Counted from the whole stretch's first letter, positions 23,877 through 38,194 are shown. The stretch: 63,655 nt of DNA, filler included, from Aduncisulcus paluster (GCA_024181965.1; 5 parts of 5 records of this genome joined end to end with filler, not necessarily neighbours in it), one strand, 5' to 3'. The notes: generated from the letters alone by a model not told the origin. A program made the numbers and translations.

Positions 23877-26800
23877 TCACTCTTCTTTGACACAAAATTC
23901 ATCTAACATTTCTCTCTCTCCCTCAACCATGGTTTCAACGATTTTTTGAGTTTCGTTAATGACTTCAGAATAATTAACGCATTCCACAGCAGCCCTTTTA
24001 ACACATGAATGAAGGGAATCGCAGGAACAATCGACAGATACAGGGGATTCTTCTGAGAGAGCTCCAAGCATGAATAAACCACCACTCTCAGATTTGGATC
24101 CGATTTTTTTGGATTTTTCTTTATCCCTTTTCACCACACTCTCGTTCTTTCCCTCTCTAATTCTTCGCTTGAGAGGGAGTTTCACTTCGTACAGCACCCT
24201 TTCGCCTTCTTTCATCCCAACACCCTCACTATGCTCCTGCAAAACAGCATTCAGGGCACCAGCGTTACATCCAACGAGTCCTTTCCCCCCATACACACAC
24301 ATGAGCCCTTCAACACAGTCCCAGCATCCACAGATACGCTCAGGGACACAAACGCCTCCAATGTGATTGGAAATGTGGGCCGAGGAGAGATCAGAACCAG
24401 GGGGCAAGGAAGGGATTGAGTGTAAATGAGCGGAAGGAATACCACCATACATCGGATTGACAATATCGGAATGGAATCTATTTTTAGCATCGGTCTCAGA
24501 AGCATATTCGAAACCCAAAAATAAGCCACCCCCAATGTGTTTCTCCATTGGAGCTGGTGGTATTTTCAGGGATACATTCAAAAGAGACTTAACCATATTC
24601 TCTTCATACTGTTTCTGTCGTGCAGCCAAGGTCATACCAGTGTCAAATAATGTTGTCTCTGAATCCATGCCATCTGCTTTTGGAGCTGCAGAGCTATCAC
24701 CCTCTTCCTGTTTTTGAGTATCTTCTACCTCGCTTTTGATTCCCTCCTCTTCCTCTTCATCCTCCTCTTCATCCTCTTCCTCTTCTTCATCTTCTGACTG
24801 TTCTGGCTTTCTCTTTTTCTCTTCGATTTTCTCAAGATCATACATTTCCTTGAGAATATGTTTATAATTAAACAGAGAAGGATACAATGCGAAACAAGAA
24901 GGAATGTCAATGACCTTCTCATCTTTTTTGTCCTTATTTCCATTTCTAGATGAATACTTATGCATAGTTTCTTCCTCTTCTTCTTTCCTCCTCCTCTTCC
25001 TCTTCATGAACATCATATTCCTTAACAACTTTACCAATGTCCCCTCGTCGGACCTGAGTGCACATCTCCATGGAAGGTTGATCGGAAGAAAGAAGAGAGG
25101 AGAAGAGAGAAGAGAGGCGAGGAATGGGCACAGGGGGGATGGTAACTGAATCCAGGGGACCAGCTATCATCGTTGATGGAACAAGTTGACCACTGGCACC
25201 AGCAATAGGGGGGACACCAGGGGCACTGCCTGGAGCAGATATCAGTTGTTGGATCTGCTGTTTCCGCTGTTCAATCATTCTTTGTTTTTGTTGCTGTTGC
25301 TGGATGATTTGGAGTTGCTGTTGCTTTGAAANNNNNNNNNNNNNNNNNNNNTAACTGAATCCAGGGGACCAGCTATCATCGTTGATGGAACAAGTTGACC
25401 ACTGGCACCAGCAATAGGGGGGACACCAGGGGCACTGCCTGGAGCAGATATCAGTTGTTGGATCTGCTGTTTCCGCTGTTCAATCATTCTTTGTTTTTGT
25501 TGCTGTTGCTGGATGATTTGGAGTTGCTGTTGCTTTGAAAAGGGAACACTAAGAGTAAACTTACTCTCCCATTTGCATTCGATCTTCACATGACTACATT
25601 TTCCAACACACTCGCAAATCGTTTGTTTTTTGCGTCTCCCTGCACGCTTGCTGGTCCTCACTGTATGAATATAGCGTGAATTGATGAAATCAACAGGACC
25701 ACTCAGTGCAAAAGCATGTGAAAATGTATGCGGATGTGGCGGATGGAACAAAGGAGTACAATTATGCTGTTTTGAGAATCTCATACGTTCATGAACATGT
25801 GGATAATCATATAAATCGTACGCTTCTGAAGATTCTTCATCACCTTCTTTCTCAAGATCATCTTTCTCATCACTTTCTTTCTCCTCTTCTTCTTTCGGTG
25901 TCTCTTGTATTGACGGAGTTGCATTCTGGTCACCATTATCACTGGATTTCGAATCCTCGGCTCCACTTTCACCTGCATTGTCTTGATCTTCACCTTTTTC
26001 TAATTCCTTCTTGCGCTCCTGTTCATCCAAAAGCTTGTTCACGCGTCGTTTCATCCTCTCCCTCCGCTTCTTCTCCCTCTCCTCGTCTTTCACGATCACT
26101 TTCAACAAGCTCTCTTCTCCAAAGACGCAGTGATGACCAGCTTCACGCAAAACGTGATATCTTGGCCGTTTGCTGATCGGAACGCTCCGAATAGAAAGTG
26201 GATTAGGGGCTGCAAATGAATGGGCAGAACCACTTGTCTGGGACATATCAAAAGCTTGAGGATCCGGAGATCGAAGCATCGAACCGAATTGCATCCCTTC
26301 TCCGCTTGGATCCTCCCTTTTCTCTTCCTCTCCACTCCCACAGACACACTCAAAGACCCCACATCCATCGACACATACAACACACACGCCGCTCTCACAA
26401 GATCTTACACACATGCACTTTTGATCGGATGAACAGAAAGAAATACGATCAGAAAAGGCAAGAAGAGGAGGAATATAGAGAGTGTGAGAGGCTGGAGTTT
26501 TACGACGCCCTCGCTTCTTCTTCTCTTCCTCATCTTCCTCTTCTCGTGGGTTATCATCTCTCTTACGACTATTAGGCGTGGATTTACGCCGCAAAGAATG
26601 GATTGACGCTCCTGAATCTTGAGTTAAAGGAAGAGTTTGAGAATGGGTACTTAGGACAGTCGTTGTTGATTCCTCCTCCTCCTCTTCTTCTTCTTCTTCC
26701 TCCTCTGTATTTTCTTCAGGCATAACCAAGGCGTTTTCCTTGACTCTAGTGCTTCTTCTTCTTTGGCTTTCCTCCTTTCTCTTTTGCTCTTCTTCTTCCT

Positions 26801-27103
26801 TTCTCTTTTGTTCTTCTTCCTCTTTCTTTTTCTTCCTTTCCTCTTCTTTTTTCTTCTCATCCTTCTTCTCTTTTTCTGCTTCCAATTCTTTTTTCGTTCG
26901 CCGTTTTCGCCTCTTCACCTCTTCTCCCCCTACAATCAATTTCTTCATCTCCCACCTTCCCCGCACAACTTTCCTCTCCCCATTTAGACGTCTGCGTTCT
27001 CCCCTATCCCGTTCCCATACACACACGCATGCACACAGAGCAGAGGAGATGGCTGGAGTCGGGAAATGTGATGCAAGGATTAGTTGATTGACTAAAGAAG
27101 GTC
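23877..27103 (-). CDS. Large low-complexity protein of unknown function, 5' truncated; split by the 25331 gap and one apparent frameshift (~24980)
   Basis: ORFs 25275-27026, 24958-25278 and 23877-25037 are collinear. E/K/Q tracts and Cys-rich patches; no recognisable domain. Confidence 0.65.
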
Positions 27104-27203
27104 NNNNNNNNNNNNNNNNNNNNNNNNNNNNNNNNNNNNNNNNNNNNTTAATTAATTAANNNNNNNNNNNNNNNNNNNNNNNNNNNNNNNNNNNNNNNNN
27201 NNN
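27104..27203. other. Artificial scaffold linker
   Basis: N44-TTAATTAATTAA-N44. Confidence 0.98.
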
Positions 27204-30200
27204 GAGGAGAAGGATTCAGAGCATCACGATCAGCACCACGTCCTTCTTCCTCCTCCTCTTCTTCTTCTTCCTCCTCTTCTTCACCTCCTTCCAAATCATC
27301 GACAGTTCCATACTCTTCTCGATGATCGTAAGAATCACCATCTCCAGAGAGCGACGAATGGTGGAAATGACCATTACCATTGTAACCATCCTCCATATCA
27401 TCATCATCTCCCATCTCCCCTTCTTCATGCTCATCTCCTTCCTGTCCATACTCACCTCCATGCTCACCTCCATGTAGCTTTCTATGGAGATGAAGCTTTT
27501 CTTGCTGAAGACGCATCTTCTCCTGGCGCTCTTTCTCCATCTCTTCCTCCACTTTCTCTTCCATTTTCATGGCAATCCATTCTTCTCTCTTCTTCCGAAT
27601 CAGTTTCTCAACGCTCTCCCTCACGCCGTCGCTTAGTCCATACGTCCTTGCAAAACTAGTGGCAACAGAGTGAGCATCGTCATCCTCACAGACACCAATC
27701 CGGCCTATATATTTACCACCGAGACGAATATCAAGCAACAGTTGCATTGGACGACGTTCTCTAGGCATGCTATATGGTTCAACAGGAGGGATATATTGTC
27801 CACTCTGACGAACAGAGCGTTGGTGCATTAAGGAGAGTTGTTGTTGCTTTCTATAATCGACAGAAGACTCCTCCTCCTCCTGTGGCGGAAGAAATGGATG
27901 AACGATGCGTGAGATCCCTGTAATCCTCATCAGTGCTGAGTGGAGCACGATAGCCACTTTTACCTTGGAGACTATATTCCATAGGATCGGGCAAAACAGG
28001 ACCTGTGGATGCCTTGACAACAGTATAAAGACCTCCCGGGGCAGAGAAAGGTTTGAACCCACGTGCTGTCGAGAGAGCATTCATAGCCTCTCTCTTCTCA
28101 TCTCTCTTCTTCTGAGCTTTCCTCATACGTTCCTTATACTCCTTCACACCAACAACATGGTCGACTGTGTGTTTGTCAAGGGGATGTGGCTTGGGGTATC
28201 TCCCAGGACGCCCTGTACCAGGGATACCTCCAATAGAGTAACTCTGAGAAGCCATAGAGTGAGACAGTGAGTGATGACGAGCACTGGAGGGAGCAGAAGT
28301 GAGGTATGATGATGCAGCTGAACCAGTGTAACCACCGGAGATGATATCAGGATGTTCTTTCATCTGTTCTATTTCACGAAGCTCTTTCTCTTCTTCTGTG
28401 GTGAGGCCTACAGGTTTAGGCTTTGGTTTGCTCAGTCTGCTTGCCCATTTTGGTGTAGGGGAGGCTCCAGACCCCTTAATCTTAGCCGCATAATCCTTAT
28501 ATCCTCTCAGACCGTCTTTAACTTTCAAGATACGATCGTCATCGTTCATTCTAGTGGGATTATGAAGAGCTGATGCACTGAGGTCAGGCTTAAAAGTCCA
28601 GTCTTCCTCCCTTTCCTCTTGTAATTTCTGTTTCCTCTTCTTCCTATCTTCCTCCTGCTTCTTTCGGTGTTCATACAGATACTCATTCCGAGAATAGACT
28701 GGGTAAGCAGAGGCACTCCCTTCAATGAAATGGGACGCTGAAGAAGCCAAAAGAGAACCTCCACTGAGGGTTGATTTGGCATCTCCGCGACCACGGCCTT
28801 TGAAGGAACTGGAAGAAAGATCAGCGATACTTTGTGACGTTTGGGGCTGGTATTCTTTACCAGTGCGGGCATCCATTAATGATGTGGAGGTTCTGGACCG
28901 TCCAAGAGTCTGTAGGGAACCCGAGGAATATTGTTTTCCATGGAAAGAGGCCATCCGTTGATTCATATCGTTTCTATGCTGTTTCTGGCGGTGTTTAATA
29001 ATCTTGAATGTACGTTTCCTGTCCATTTTGGCGCTCTGTTTGTTGATAGTAGGGTGGAAAGACAAGGCAGATCCACTCTGTTCCATTGAAATAGCTTGTG
29101 AGTCGGCAGTTGTCATACCTCCTCTTGTTTCACCTACAACGATAGAAGAACGGAGAGTAGAAGAACCAGCACCAGCATGTGGACCAGTCCCATGAAGAGT
29201 GGCCTGTCCACTGCCGAGACAGGAAGAGGCAGGCAATCCAACGACAGCGGCGTGCAGCAAATCCTCAGGCAGGGGTACTGGGTACAAAGCAGCATTAGCG
29301 AACGATTTACCAAGGCCATACATACGCATCACTTTCTTAATGTCCATTTCGATATCCCTCCAATCTTTAACATGTCTACTGAGTTTGAGAGTCTTCAGTT
29401 TAGCCACGACTTGAGTGACTACCTCACACATCCGTTGAGTGGGCTCTGTAAATGAAATGACACTGGTAGGTTCATGGAAACTAGTTCCATTGGTAGTCTT
29501 TCGGACGGAAGGAGAAGACCCAAGGCTTGGACTGGCAACATCTTGAGAGCCAGCGGAGATAGCGTCATCGTCTGACTGAGAGGAGATACCTCTGAGGGCA
29601 CCACGACGATCAGAGAGCTCATTAACAGCAGTTAGGGTCTCGAAATGCTTCATACCAGCCTCTCCAAGACGTTGACGAGATGGTTGTTTTCGAGAGGCTG
29701 CGAGGGATGAACCAGAGCCAGTAATATCATCTCCAAAAGCAACACTATGACTATGTACAAGGGGACTATAAGTCCGCATCGAGTCGAGGTGGAATCCTTT
29801 GCCATTAGAAGAGTGTTGTTCTGTGAGTTGTGAGAGGGACATTTCAGCTTTATCTTTCTCCCGGATCCGTTTATCCTCGTCAAACTGAGCCATTGTTGAA
29901 AATGGCATTGTTCCATCAGAAAGAGTTGATTTGGAAGCAGTTCCATCAGGATGCTCGGAAGAATGCTCGTCAAGATCAAAGACTAATCCAGCAGCCTGTT
30001 GTTTAATTTTCTCAACAGACATCAACTGTTCCTTGAGAGTTTCATATTCTTGGGCCTCTTTCTCTTGAGTGAGAAGCTTTTCTTGTTCACGATGTCTGAA
30101 TTTCTCAACATCTTCAAGAGAAGCATTAGAAACACCTTTAGCTCCATTATTAAAGAAAGCTATCAATATTCTTTGCACAGATAACCATGAAACTTGCTTA

Positions 30201-30841
30201 GTATTGTGAGGATCAACACAATCTTGCAATAAATCACAAAGATTGGACCTAACTCTTGTTTCTTGTTCAATACCTTTACGGACAAGCTTTTGGACTTCAG
30301 TTTTTTTAGATAAAAGACGAGGAATTTCACTATTGGAAGTTTTATGAGATAAAACGCTATTTGCAGTTCCAGGGATACCTTGGGCAATTAGAGAGGAAGC
30401 TTGGCGTGTAACTAATGGTTTAACTTCAGGCTTTGATGCCGAAGATCTGGTCGAAACCTCTGTGGGGAACCAATATCCGAAGAATGATAATAAAGATAGA
30501 AAAGCGGAAAAGGGAATGGGAGTTGATAAATTTCCGGTTGTTGTAAATTTTTTAAATACAATAGAAGCACAATTGAGCAATCTAGAAAGTGATTGAAGTT
30601 CAAAATCCTTCACACATTTCGTTTTTTGGGTTTGGGACTTACTAGGGCTGGAAACAGGTTGAGCCTTTTGCAGTTCGTCACTAGAAGGTTCCTTTTGTTT
30701 CTTTTTCTGTTGGGTAAGTCGTTTTTTAGCATATTCTTCAGCCATCTCCATATCTGTAGCACCCTTCAATTTAGGGAATAGTGTATCAGTAAAATCATCT
30801 ACTGTGAACTCAGATTCTTTTTTAGGGGGATTATCATCCAT
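27204..30841 (-). CDS. Putative cytoskeletal/microtubule-associated protein with TFxP motifs; apparent frameshift at ~27870, 3' truncated
   Basis: FHPTINKQSAKM and EDWTFKPDLS motifs, coiled coils, and a C-terminal globular domain LLLDIRLG...IGVCEDDDAHSVATSFARTYGL in the +1 frame. First in-frame ATG at 30841. Confidence 0.65.
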
Positions 30842-31339
30842 TTTTTTGTGGTTTGTAGATCCTAATATTATTGGCAAACCACGATATTGCGAAGAAAAAA
30901 CCAAGATCCAATATTTTGGGCGATATAGTCATAATTCCTTCCCATCATAAAATAAAATACACTAACCTATCAATATCTAAGCCTAATATTGAATAAAATT
31001 GGAAATATAATTTGAAATTTCCAATTTTTCACGTTCAAAAAAATTATCTCTGCTATGAGTACTATATATCACAAATAAAACACAAGGAAAAAAAGAACCT
31101 GATCACTTAAACAAAACTAATTCCTTTAACTTGCCCTTTAAACATTAATTCAACTCTTATAAAAATGACGGCTTTGGATATGTCGTTATAATGGACTAAA
31201 AATAATATATGTAATAGGAATTTATATAAAATTCCAAGAACTCCAATTTAAAGTTTTCATAAACCAAAAATTTTGTATTTGCATTCATTAACCAAATTTT
31301 TTCTCAGTTTTTGCACCCTTCTTTATACATAATATACAA

Positions 31340-32512
31340 ATGTCAAACTCATCTATGTCTGGGCTTGACAAAACATTCAGAAGTGCGGTATTAGGGGAAC
31401 ATAAAACGTCACAAGGCAGTAGGGCACTTATGGAGTCATTATCTGCCCTTCAGCAAAAAATTCACAAATTAGAGAATGAAAAACTCTTTTACAAGGAAAG
31501 TATGACATTGGCTGAAACTGAAAACACAAAACTGAGAGATAGAATAACCAGTTTACAAGACCAATCTTCTCGCACTCAGAAAGAGAGGGAAAAGTATTTA
31601 CAAGAAGAATTATTTAAAGAACGAGAAAAAACAAGGAAATTATTGGCTGCTCATGATCATGTTAAGGCTGATCTTGAGGATTTGAAAATTAAGAACGAAG
31701 ATTTACTCCGCCAAAATACAGATATGCGTCACCAAGTTTCTGAATATCGAGTTAGACTCACAGAAATAGAGTCCTCTCAGCGAGAGGCCGTTGAAAAAGT
31801 TAAGCGCGAATCTTTTACTCTTGAAGGCGATAAACATGCCCTCCAAAGAACAATTGATGAAATGAAGGTGAGAATGGACGCTCAAGACGCCGCTGTTAAG
31901 GAAGCAGACCAACGTAAATCTGATGCTGAGAAAGCTGCCCAAACTTTGGCCGAAATGCAAGTTGAATTGCTTGAAAAACCTCTGATCCACGATGGGTTCA
32001 AGTTGAAATCCAAGAAGAAGAAGAGAGGAAGCAAAAAGAAGCTTCCAAAATCAAAATATTCTGCATCCCTCAGAAGTTCTGTTCGTCCTCAGAGATCTTT
32101 AGCTGTATCCATGCCCGTTCCTTCATATCGTCCTCGTTCTTCATTGAAACCTAAGCAACCACCAGCAACAAGAGCTCGTTCCAGGCCTAGATCACGCACT
32201 CGCCGCCAACCTCCAAGAACTCCGAGAACTTCCTTCGATGATCTCGGTGTTGAGGCTCAGAAGTTGTTAAAATCATTACTCAGTGAAAAAGACGACTTAG
32301 TTTGTCAGTATACAAATGCTGTGAGTCTTGCCAAGTCTGATCCCGTTGCTTATGCAAAAGATATTGCCCTTCAACAAGAAGTAGCCGGTTTGCTGGAAGA
32401 GATTTCCCGTAAAGATGAACAAATATCTAGAATGCAGACATACAAGCATGGTGTTGAACATTCTCCAATGGGAAGACTCTTATCATCTCCTAAACGTGCC
32501 AGAAAACCATAG
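31340..32512 (+). CDS. CEP57: CEP57/translokin-like centrosomal protein
   Basis: N-terminal SRALMESLSALQQKIHKLENEK resembles the Cep57 centrosome-localisation domain. C-terminal LLKSLLSE...LLEEISRKDEQISRM resembles its microtubule-binding domain. Confidence 0.72.
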   Translation: MSNSSMSGLDKTFRSAVLGEHKTSQGSRALMESLSALQQKIHKLENEKLFYKESMTLAETENTKLRDRITSLQDQSSRTQKEREKYLQEELFKEREKTRKLLAAHDHVKADLEDLKIKNEDLLRQNTDMRHQVSEYRVRLTEIESSQREAVEKVKRESFTLEGDKHALQRTIDEMKVRMDAQDAAVKEADQRKSDAEKAAQTLAEMQVELLEKPLIHDGFKLKSKKKKRGSKKKLPKSKYSASLRSSVRPQRSLAVSMPVPSYRPRSSLKPKQPPATRARSRPRSRTRRQPPRTPRTSFDDLGVEAQKLLKSLLSEKDDLVCQYTNAVSLAKSDPVAYAKDIALQQEVAGLLEEISRKDEQISRMQTYKHGVEHSPMGRLLSSPKRARKP

Positions 32513-32751
32513 AAATTTTTCTTAATATCGATGGGATTGCCAGTGAACACCAATTCATTGTTGGATAGGGCCTGTTTATTATATTCAATAAAAAGAAATA
32601 TATATCCATTTTTATTATAAGTATTTTCTTATATCTCCCATAATTTCCCGGTTTCATGGAGTATTTTCCCGCCGATTTGGAAAATCATTATTTCTGTCGA
32701 TTGGGATTAATACTTCGATTTCTTTTTGATCATTTTTAATATTTATATAAA

Positions 32752-35700
32752 ATGGATTCAGAAGTCCGAAAGAAAAAGGGTTCGAAATCATCTAAATTGG
32801 CTAATTTCCTGAATGCCTTCTTACCCGATGGAAAACGGCGCAAGATTCAATCTCTTGATATTGCCCGTCAACTCTCCGAAACTAAAGAAGAAGAATCTGT
32901 GGAAAAAGTACCACAAGTTGATTTTTCTGATATAGTCAATGTTCAAACTACACTGGCCAAATCTGACTCTACGGTTTATTTTACTCTACAAGACACAGCC
33001 CCTCCTAAAATACCATCATCATCTCCCTTCTGTAAACCTTATTTTACGCCAGATATGATTGATGAGTTGGTCAAGCAGTATGAGTCAGATCCAGAAATAG
33101 CTGAAATTAGCGCCACAGGATATTCTACAAAGCAATATATGAAAAAACTTGCCGATAAACGTTGTAAATCTGCAACCAAAGAGTCCTCACAAGATATCCC
33201 AACATGTTCCTTGTTTTCGAACACCAAAATTCCCCTCCCTTCTCTATTGGAACAATATGACATGCATTCTCTATTATTCCACCCACGCCCTGCCATTATT
33301 GGGTCCTCATCATTCTCATTTCCTCATTATCGTTCGTCTGATGCCGCTTTCTACCTTTCCATCCCACCAGTGCTTCGAGGTAGTGTTTGTATAGATCCAA
33401 GACAACTATATCACTGGCACACTATGCGTACGGACGATATCTCATCCCAGTTGTATGATATTATTGTTCCTTCTCTTCCAGCTACGTCCCGTTTAACCAT
33501 GTTCCCAAGTACTGAGAGCAGTCTTTCAATTCGTGATAAAACAGATAAAAAGCTTCATTCGAGTGTGAAACACGATGTTATTAGTCAATCTATTGCAGAT
33601 AAAGAAGGGTTTTCAGTTCCCATGGACTTTCCTATTGATAAGCTCGTAGAGTATGAAAAATCAATCTATTCTAGTATCGAATCTCTCTCATCGAAGCAGC
33701 CCTTTGATGATAGATTAATCAATAAGAATGAATATAAACCAGATTCGATTATTAAAGATATTTCTATGAAAATTGATGGAATGGAGATCAACCTTCAAGA
33801 CAAGGGATTTTACTCTTTCTCAATTCCACCAAACTCTTTCTCTCCTTCCTCCTCTCCTTCCTCCTCTTTGAATAATTATACTCGCCTCTTGAGTCTTTGG
33901 AATGTCTTGTTGAAATATCTTAAGCTTTCCATGCTTGACAAAGGAGGAATTAAAAAACTATTATCTTCGATCTCTCAGACAATTGAACGATTACTTATTG
34001 TTGAAGAAAACATAATGAGATCATTCTTTGATAAGATTATATCCAATTCAACCCACGCTGGAAATGCTTCATATCTCCCTTCTTCTTCTTCTTCCTCCTC
34101 CTCTTCTTCTTCTTCTCTCTCTTCCTCCCCACGGTCAACATCTCCAGGATTACAGCCATTCTTATCTGAGTATAATTCATCTCAGATGCTATATGATCCT
34201 CCATCAAGAGTCTCTTCCCCTTCCTCTTCCTCCTCTTCCTCCTCTTCCNNNNNNNNNNNNNNNNNNNNAGGAGGAATTAAAAAACTATTATCTTCGATCT
34301 CTCAGACAATTGAACGATTACTTATTGTTGAAGAAAACATAATGAGATCATTCTTTGATAAGATTATATCCAATTCAACCCACGCTGGAAATGCTTCATA
34401 TCTCCCTTCTTCTTCTTCTTCCTCCTCCTCTTCTTCTTCTTCTCTCTCTTCCTCCCCACGGTCAACATCTCCAGGATTACAGCCATTCTTATCTGAGTAT
34501 AATTCATCTCAGATGCTATATGATCCTCCATCAAGAGTCTCTTCCCCTTCCTCTTCCTCCTCTTCCTCCTCTTCCTCTCCTTCTTCTTCCAAACTCCATG
34601 TTGGACATTGCCGGAAAACTGTTGGACATTGCCGGAAAACGAAAGAGTATTCGACCCTTTGTTATGAATCTATATGTAAACGCATTGACAAGGAAATACG
34701 GTTTAAAACTGAATCAGAATCGAGGAAAAAGAAAGAAAAATGGATATCTATCCTTCCTTTGAAAAATACCAAGAATAATACCAAGAACAATATTTCTTCA
34801 AAGAATCCACAACCAACAATACAAAACCCCCTCCAAAGTCAGCAGAAAAAGAAAGATCTGCCAGCTTCTTCTTCTTCTTCTTCTTCTTCTTCTTCATTAA
34901 TGTCTATTTTTGGACACCCTGAGAAAGTTGATAAAAAAGATATAGATATTTCAAAAGGAAGGAGTCCTTCTAAAAATAGATCTGAGAAAGAAGAAGAAGA
35001 ACAACCACATTCACATTCATCTTCACCTTCAGCATTAAAACTTGTCCCCGGTGGCCTTTTGACCTCTTTTACCAGTACTTTCTCAATATCTCCCAAGAAA
35101 GGAAGTAATTGTAATAGTAATTCAAAAAATGATATGAATGGTGGTATGGAAAAGAATGATACAAAGAGAAAACAAGAAAAAAGAGAGGAAAAAGAAATAC
35201 AAACTTCGACTGAGCAACAAAGCCAACCGCTTCACTTTGGTATTATTTCACAACCCATTGAAACAGAAGAGAAAGAAGAAGAGAAAGAAGAAGAGAAAGA
35301 AGAGAAAGAAGAAGAAATACAATTTAAAACAGAAGAAAATCTTTCCCTTCTCTCACCCTTCTCTTTCTACAGATGTTCTATGGTATTTAAAATATTCCAA
35401 ACAATTCCAGAAAATTCAAATATTCTGTCCATTTTAGTTCTCTATATTCTAAAAATAATTCTTGAGAAACAAAAATCTCTCTCTTCCTCTTCTTCTTTTC
35501 CTATTTCTCCTCCATGTCCGTGTAACTATCCAAAATATCCATCATTTGAGAAACATTCATCTTCTAAAAATAGCCACGCATCTTCTAAAAATAGTATCGA
35601 TACCGATTTGAGTAGCATTATTGAGAATCAAGAACATAATATTCCTATTTCACCGATTATTCCCGTGGATGTCCTTCTAAAAATAGATCTGAGAAAGAAG

Positions 35701-38194
35701 AGAGAAGAAGAAGAGAGAGGAGAAGAGAGAGGAGAAAATGATGATGCTATCAAAACAGTAACAGAAACAAATGTTATTGAAAAAGGACAAGAGAAAATGG
35801 AAGAAAAGACACAATATCAGGTTCTTTCTGCGAAAAAAATACTCAATTTTGATGATTCTTTTGTGGTAGAAAAACAAGAAAAGAGAAGAAGAAGAAAAGA
35901 AAGAGGAAGAGGAAGAGGAAGAAAAGAGAATTGAAGAAATCGAAAAAGAGGAGAAGAAAGAAGAGAAGGTTGAGAGGGAAGCTGAAAAACCTATTTTGCG
36001 AGAAAATAAGATTGAAGAAAAAGAAGAACCGAAAATAGAACAAGAACTTGAGCCAAAAATAGAACCTACGAAAGCAAATGAGAAAGAACAGGATATTTTC
36101 AGTTCACCCACATTCAGCCAACTTTTCCTCCTCCTCCTCCTCCTCCTTGTCACTTCCCAAATCTAAAAATAGAACATCTAAAAATAGAACATCTAAAAAT
36201 AGAAATGATACAGACATGATATCGAAGAAAAAGAAATCTAACCCGTCAAAAACTACTCGATCCTTACAAGTTAAACCAAGGCGTAAAAGTGCTCGATTGT
36301 TGGCGGCATCAAAGCTGAAAAAGAAGAAGAATAACGATAAAAACAACGATAATTCGAGTTTATTTGATTTCTTTTCTGCGTCTCCTTCTGCCTCCAGAAA
36401 AAACCCAACCACAATAAGAGAAAAGACGAAAAAGGAAACTTCTCAAGATCTAATTATAGACATTGATCATGTGAAAGAAGAAGAAGACTCTACCAAAATC
36501 AATAGAAAATATAATTTCCGAACTCGTTCGACCTTCATTGACTATCGATCTGATGGATTTTCTACGACACCACCGAAAGGAAAGAAAGGAAAGAAAGGAA
36601 AGAGAAGAAGAAGAAGGAGAAGAGGAGGAGAATTCTAACGATTCTGATTCTGATTCTTCTAAGATTATATCCATCGAACAAATATACGCTCCTTCTTCCG
36701 CTTCCGATGATGATTTCCAAGCAAAATCACAATTATTATTATCTCACACAAAGTCTAATGTGCTTTCCAGTGGAAGTAGAACAGATCAGATTTCAATCGA
36801 TGACGACAAGAAAAGGAAGAGAAGAAGAAGAAGAAGAAGAGGAGAAAGAAGAAGAAGAGGAGAAAGAAGAAGAAGAAGAAGAAAAACTTGTTATAAGCTC
36901 TATAATAAGAGAGAAATGTACAGTTCCTTCTATTGGTGGTATTGGTAGTGGCAGAGATATAGCAAGACCAAGAGAGAGGCCATCATTTGCTAAATTAATA
37001 CATAAAAACCAACAAAAAACTTCTTCTTCTCCTTCTTCTTCTCTTATCCCTCAAACTTCGAAATCAGAATCTGTATTGTCATCTCCAATTGGTTCTTCTA
37101 AAAATAGTGAAGATAATACAGCTCATACTGTTCCAAAAATAGAATCTGCTCCAAAAATAGATGAGAAAGAGGAAGACCAACTTGATGCCTGCATAAAAGT
37201 TGAATCTAAATCCCCTTCCAAAGATGCAATTAAGAGTGACAATATTTCAAGTAATGTTAATAATCATTTTATTGTAACTGATAAAAATAGATATGAGAAA
37301 GAAGAGAAAGAGGAAGAAGAGAAAGAGAAAGAAGGAGAAAAGAAAGAAAGAGAAGAGAAAGAAGAGAAAGAGGAAGAAGAGAAAGAGGAAGAAGAGAAAG
37401 ATCAAATCCAAGAAGAGGCTCAGAAAGATATATCTAGTGCTTCTTTACAAACACATAACCCCCAACCAATCTCTCCTCTCCCTCTAAGTCCCAAGATAGC
37501 TTCAATATCTTCCAAACCTTTAATAGTTTCTCATGTTCCTGTTCAGTCTTCTTCTATTCTAAATATAGCTACCAAAGATCACCCAAGCAGTAGTCATATG
37601 ATAAAAGACAAAGAAGACCCAGTGCCCAAGGCCTCTTCTTTCCTCTTCCAGCAAACCCAACAAGAAATATCTGATTCAGCTTATACATGCATACAAAAGA
37701 GAGAAGGAACAATTATGGATAAACTTGAGTATTTACATTACATTACCCCATTTCTCCAGAATTTAATCACTAAATCTATTTTTGATGGAATGAGAAACTA
37801 CTCGAGAGCTGGCAGAGATCTTTCGTGGAAAAGACATTCATCCGCTATCGATGCATCTTCACGGCCTGTCTCCCTTTCCAAAACTAATACTAATAAGACA
37901 TCCTCAACCGGTAAATTGTCGTCTTTGTTCGGCTCAGCCGATACCTCAACTTCCCTCGATTCTTTCATATCTTCTCGTTCTGAAAAACCCACTGATATTA
38001 ATCTTTCCATATTAAAACTATCGTTCCCATTATCTAGTATCCTTCCTCTCTCAAAAAAATACAAAACTCCTGAAATTGAGGAGCTTTTGTCTCTTAAACA
38101 AGATCTAATTTCAGCTATCCATTTATTCACAAGAATAACCAAGATGTGCGAAGATTTAGCAGAAGGGTGGAATTTCATCAATATTCAACTATAG
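32752..38194 (+). CDS. Very large S/E/K-rich protein of unknown function with four apparent +1 frameshifts and a gap duplication
   Basis: Collinear frames 32752-35934, ~35885-36166, 36078-36638, 36538-36948 and 36707-38194 share composition and SKNR repeats. Confidence 0.65.

Noticed and set aside
1810..36700. Many short F/S/L-rich or R/K-rich ORFs in the track
   Set aside because: They are antisense or off-frame shadows of GAA/GAG-rich coding tracts.
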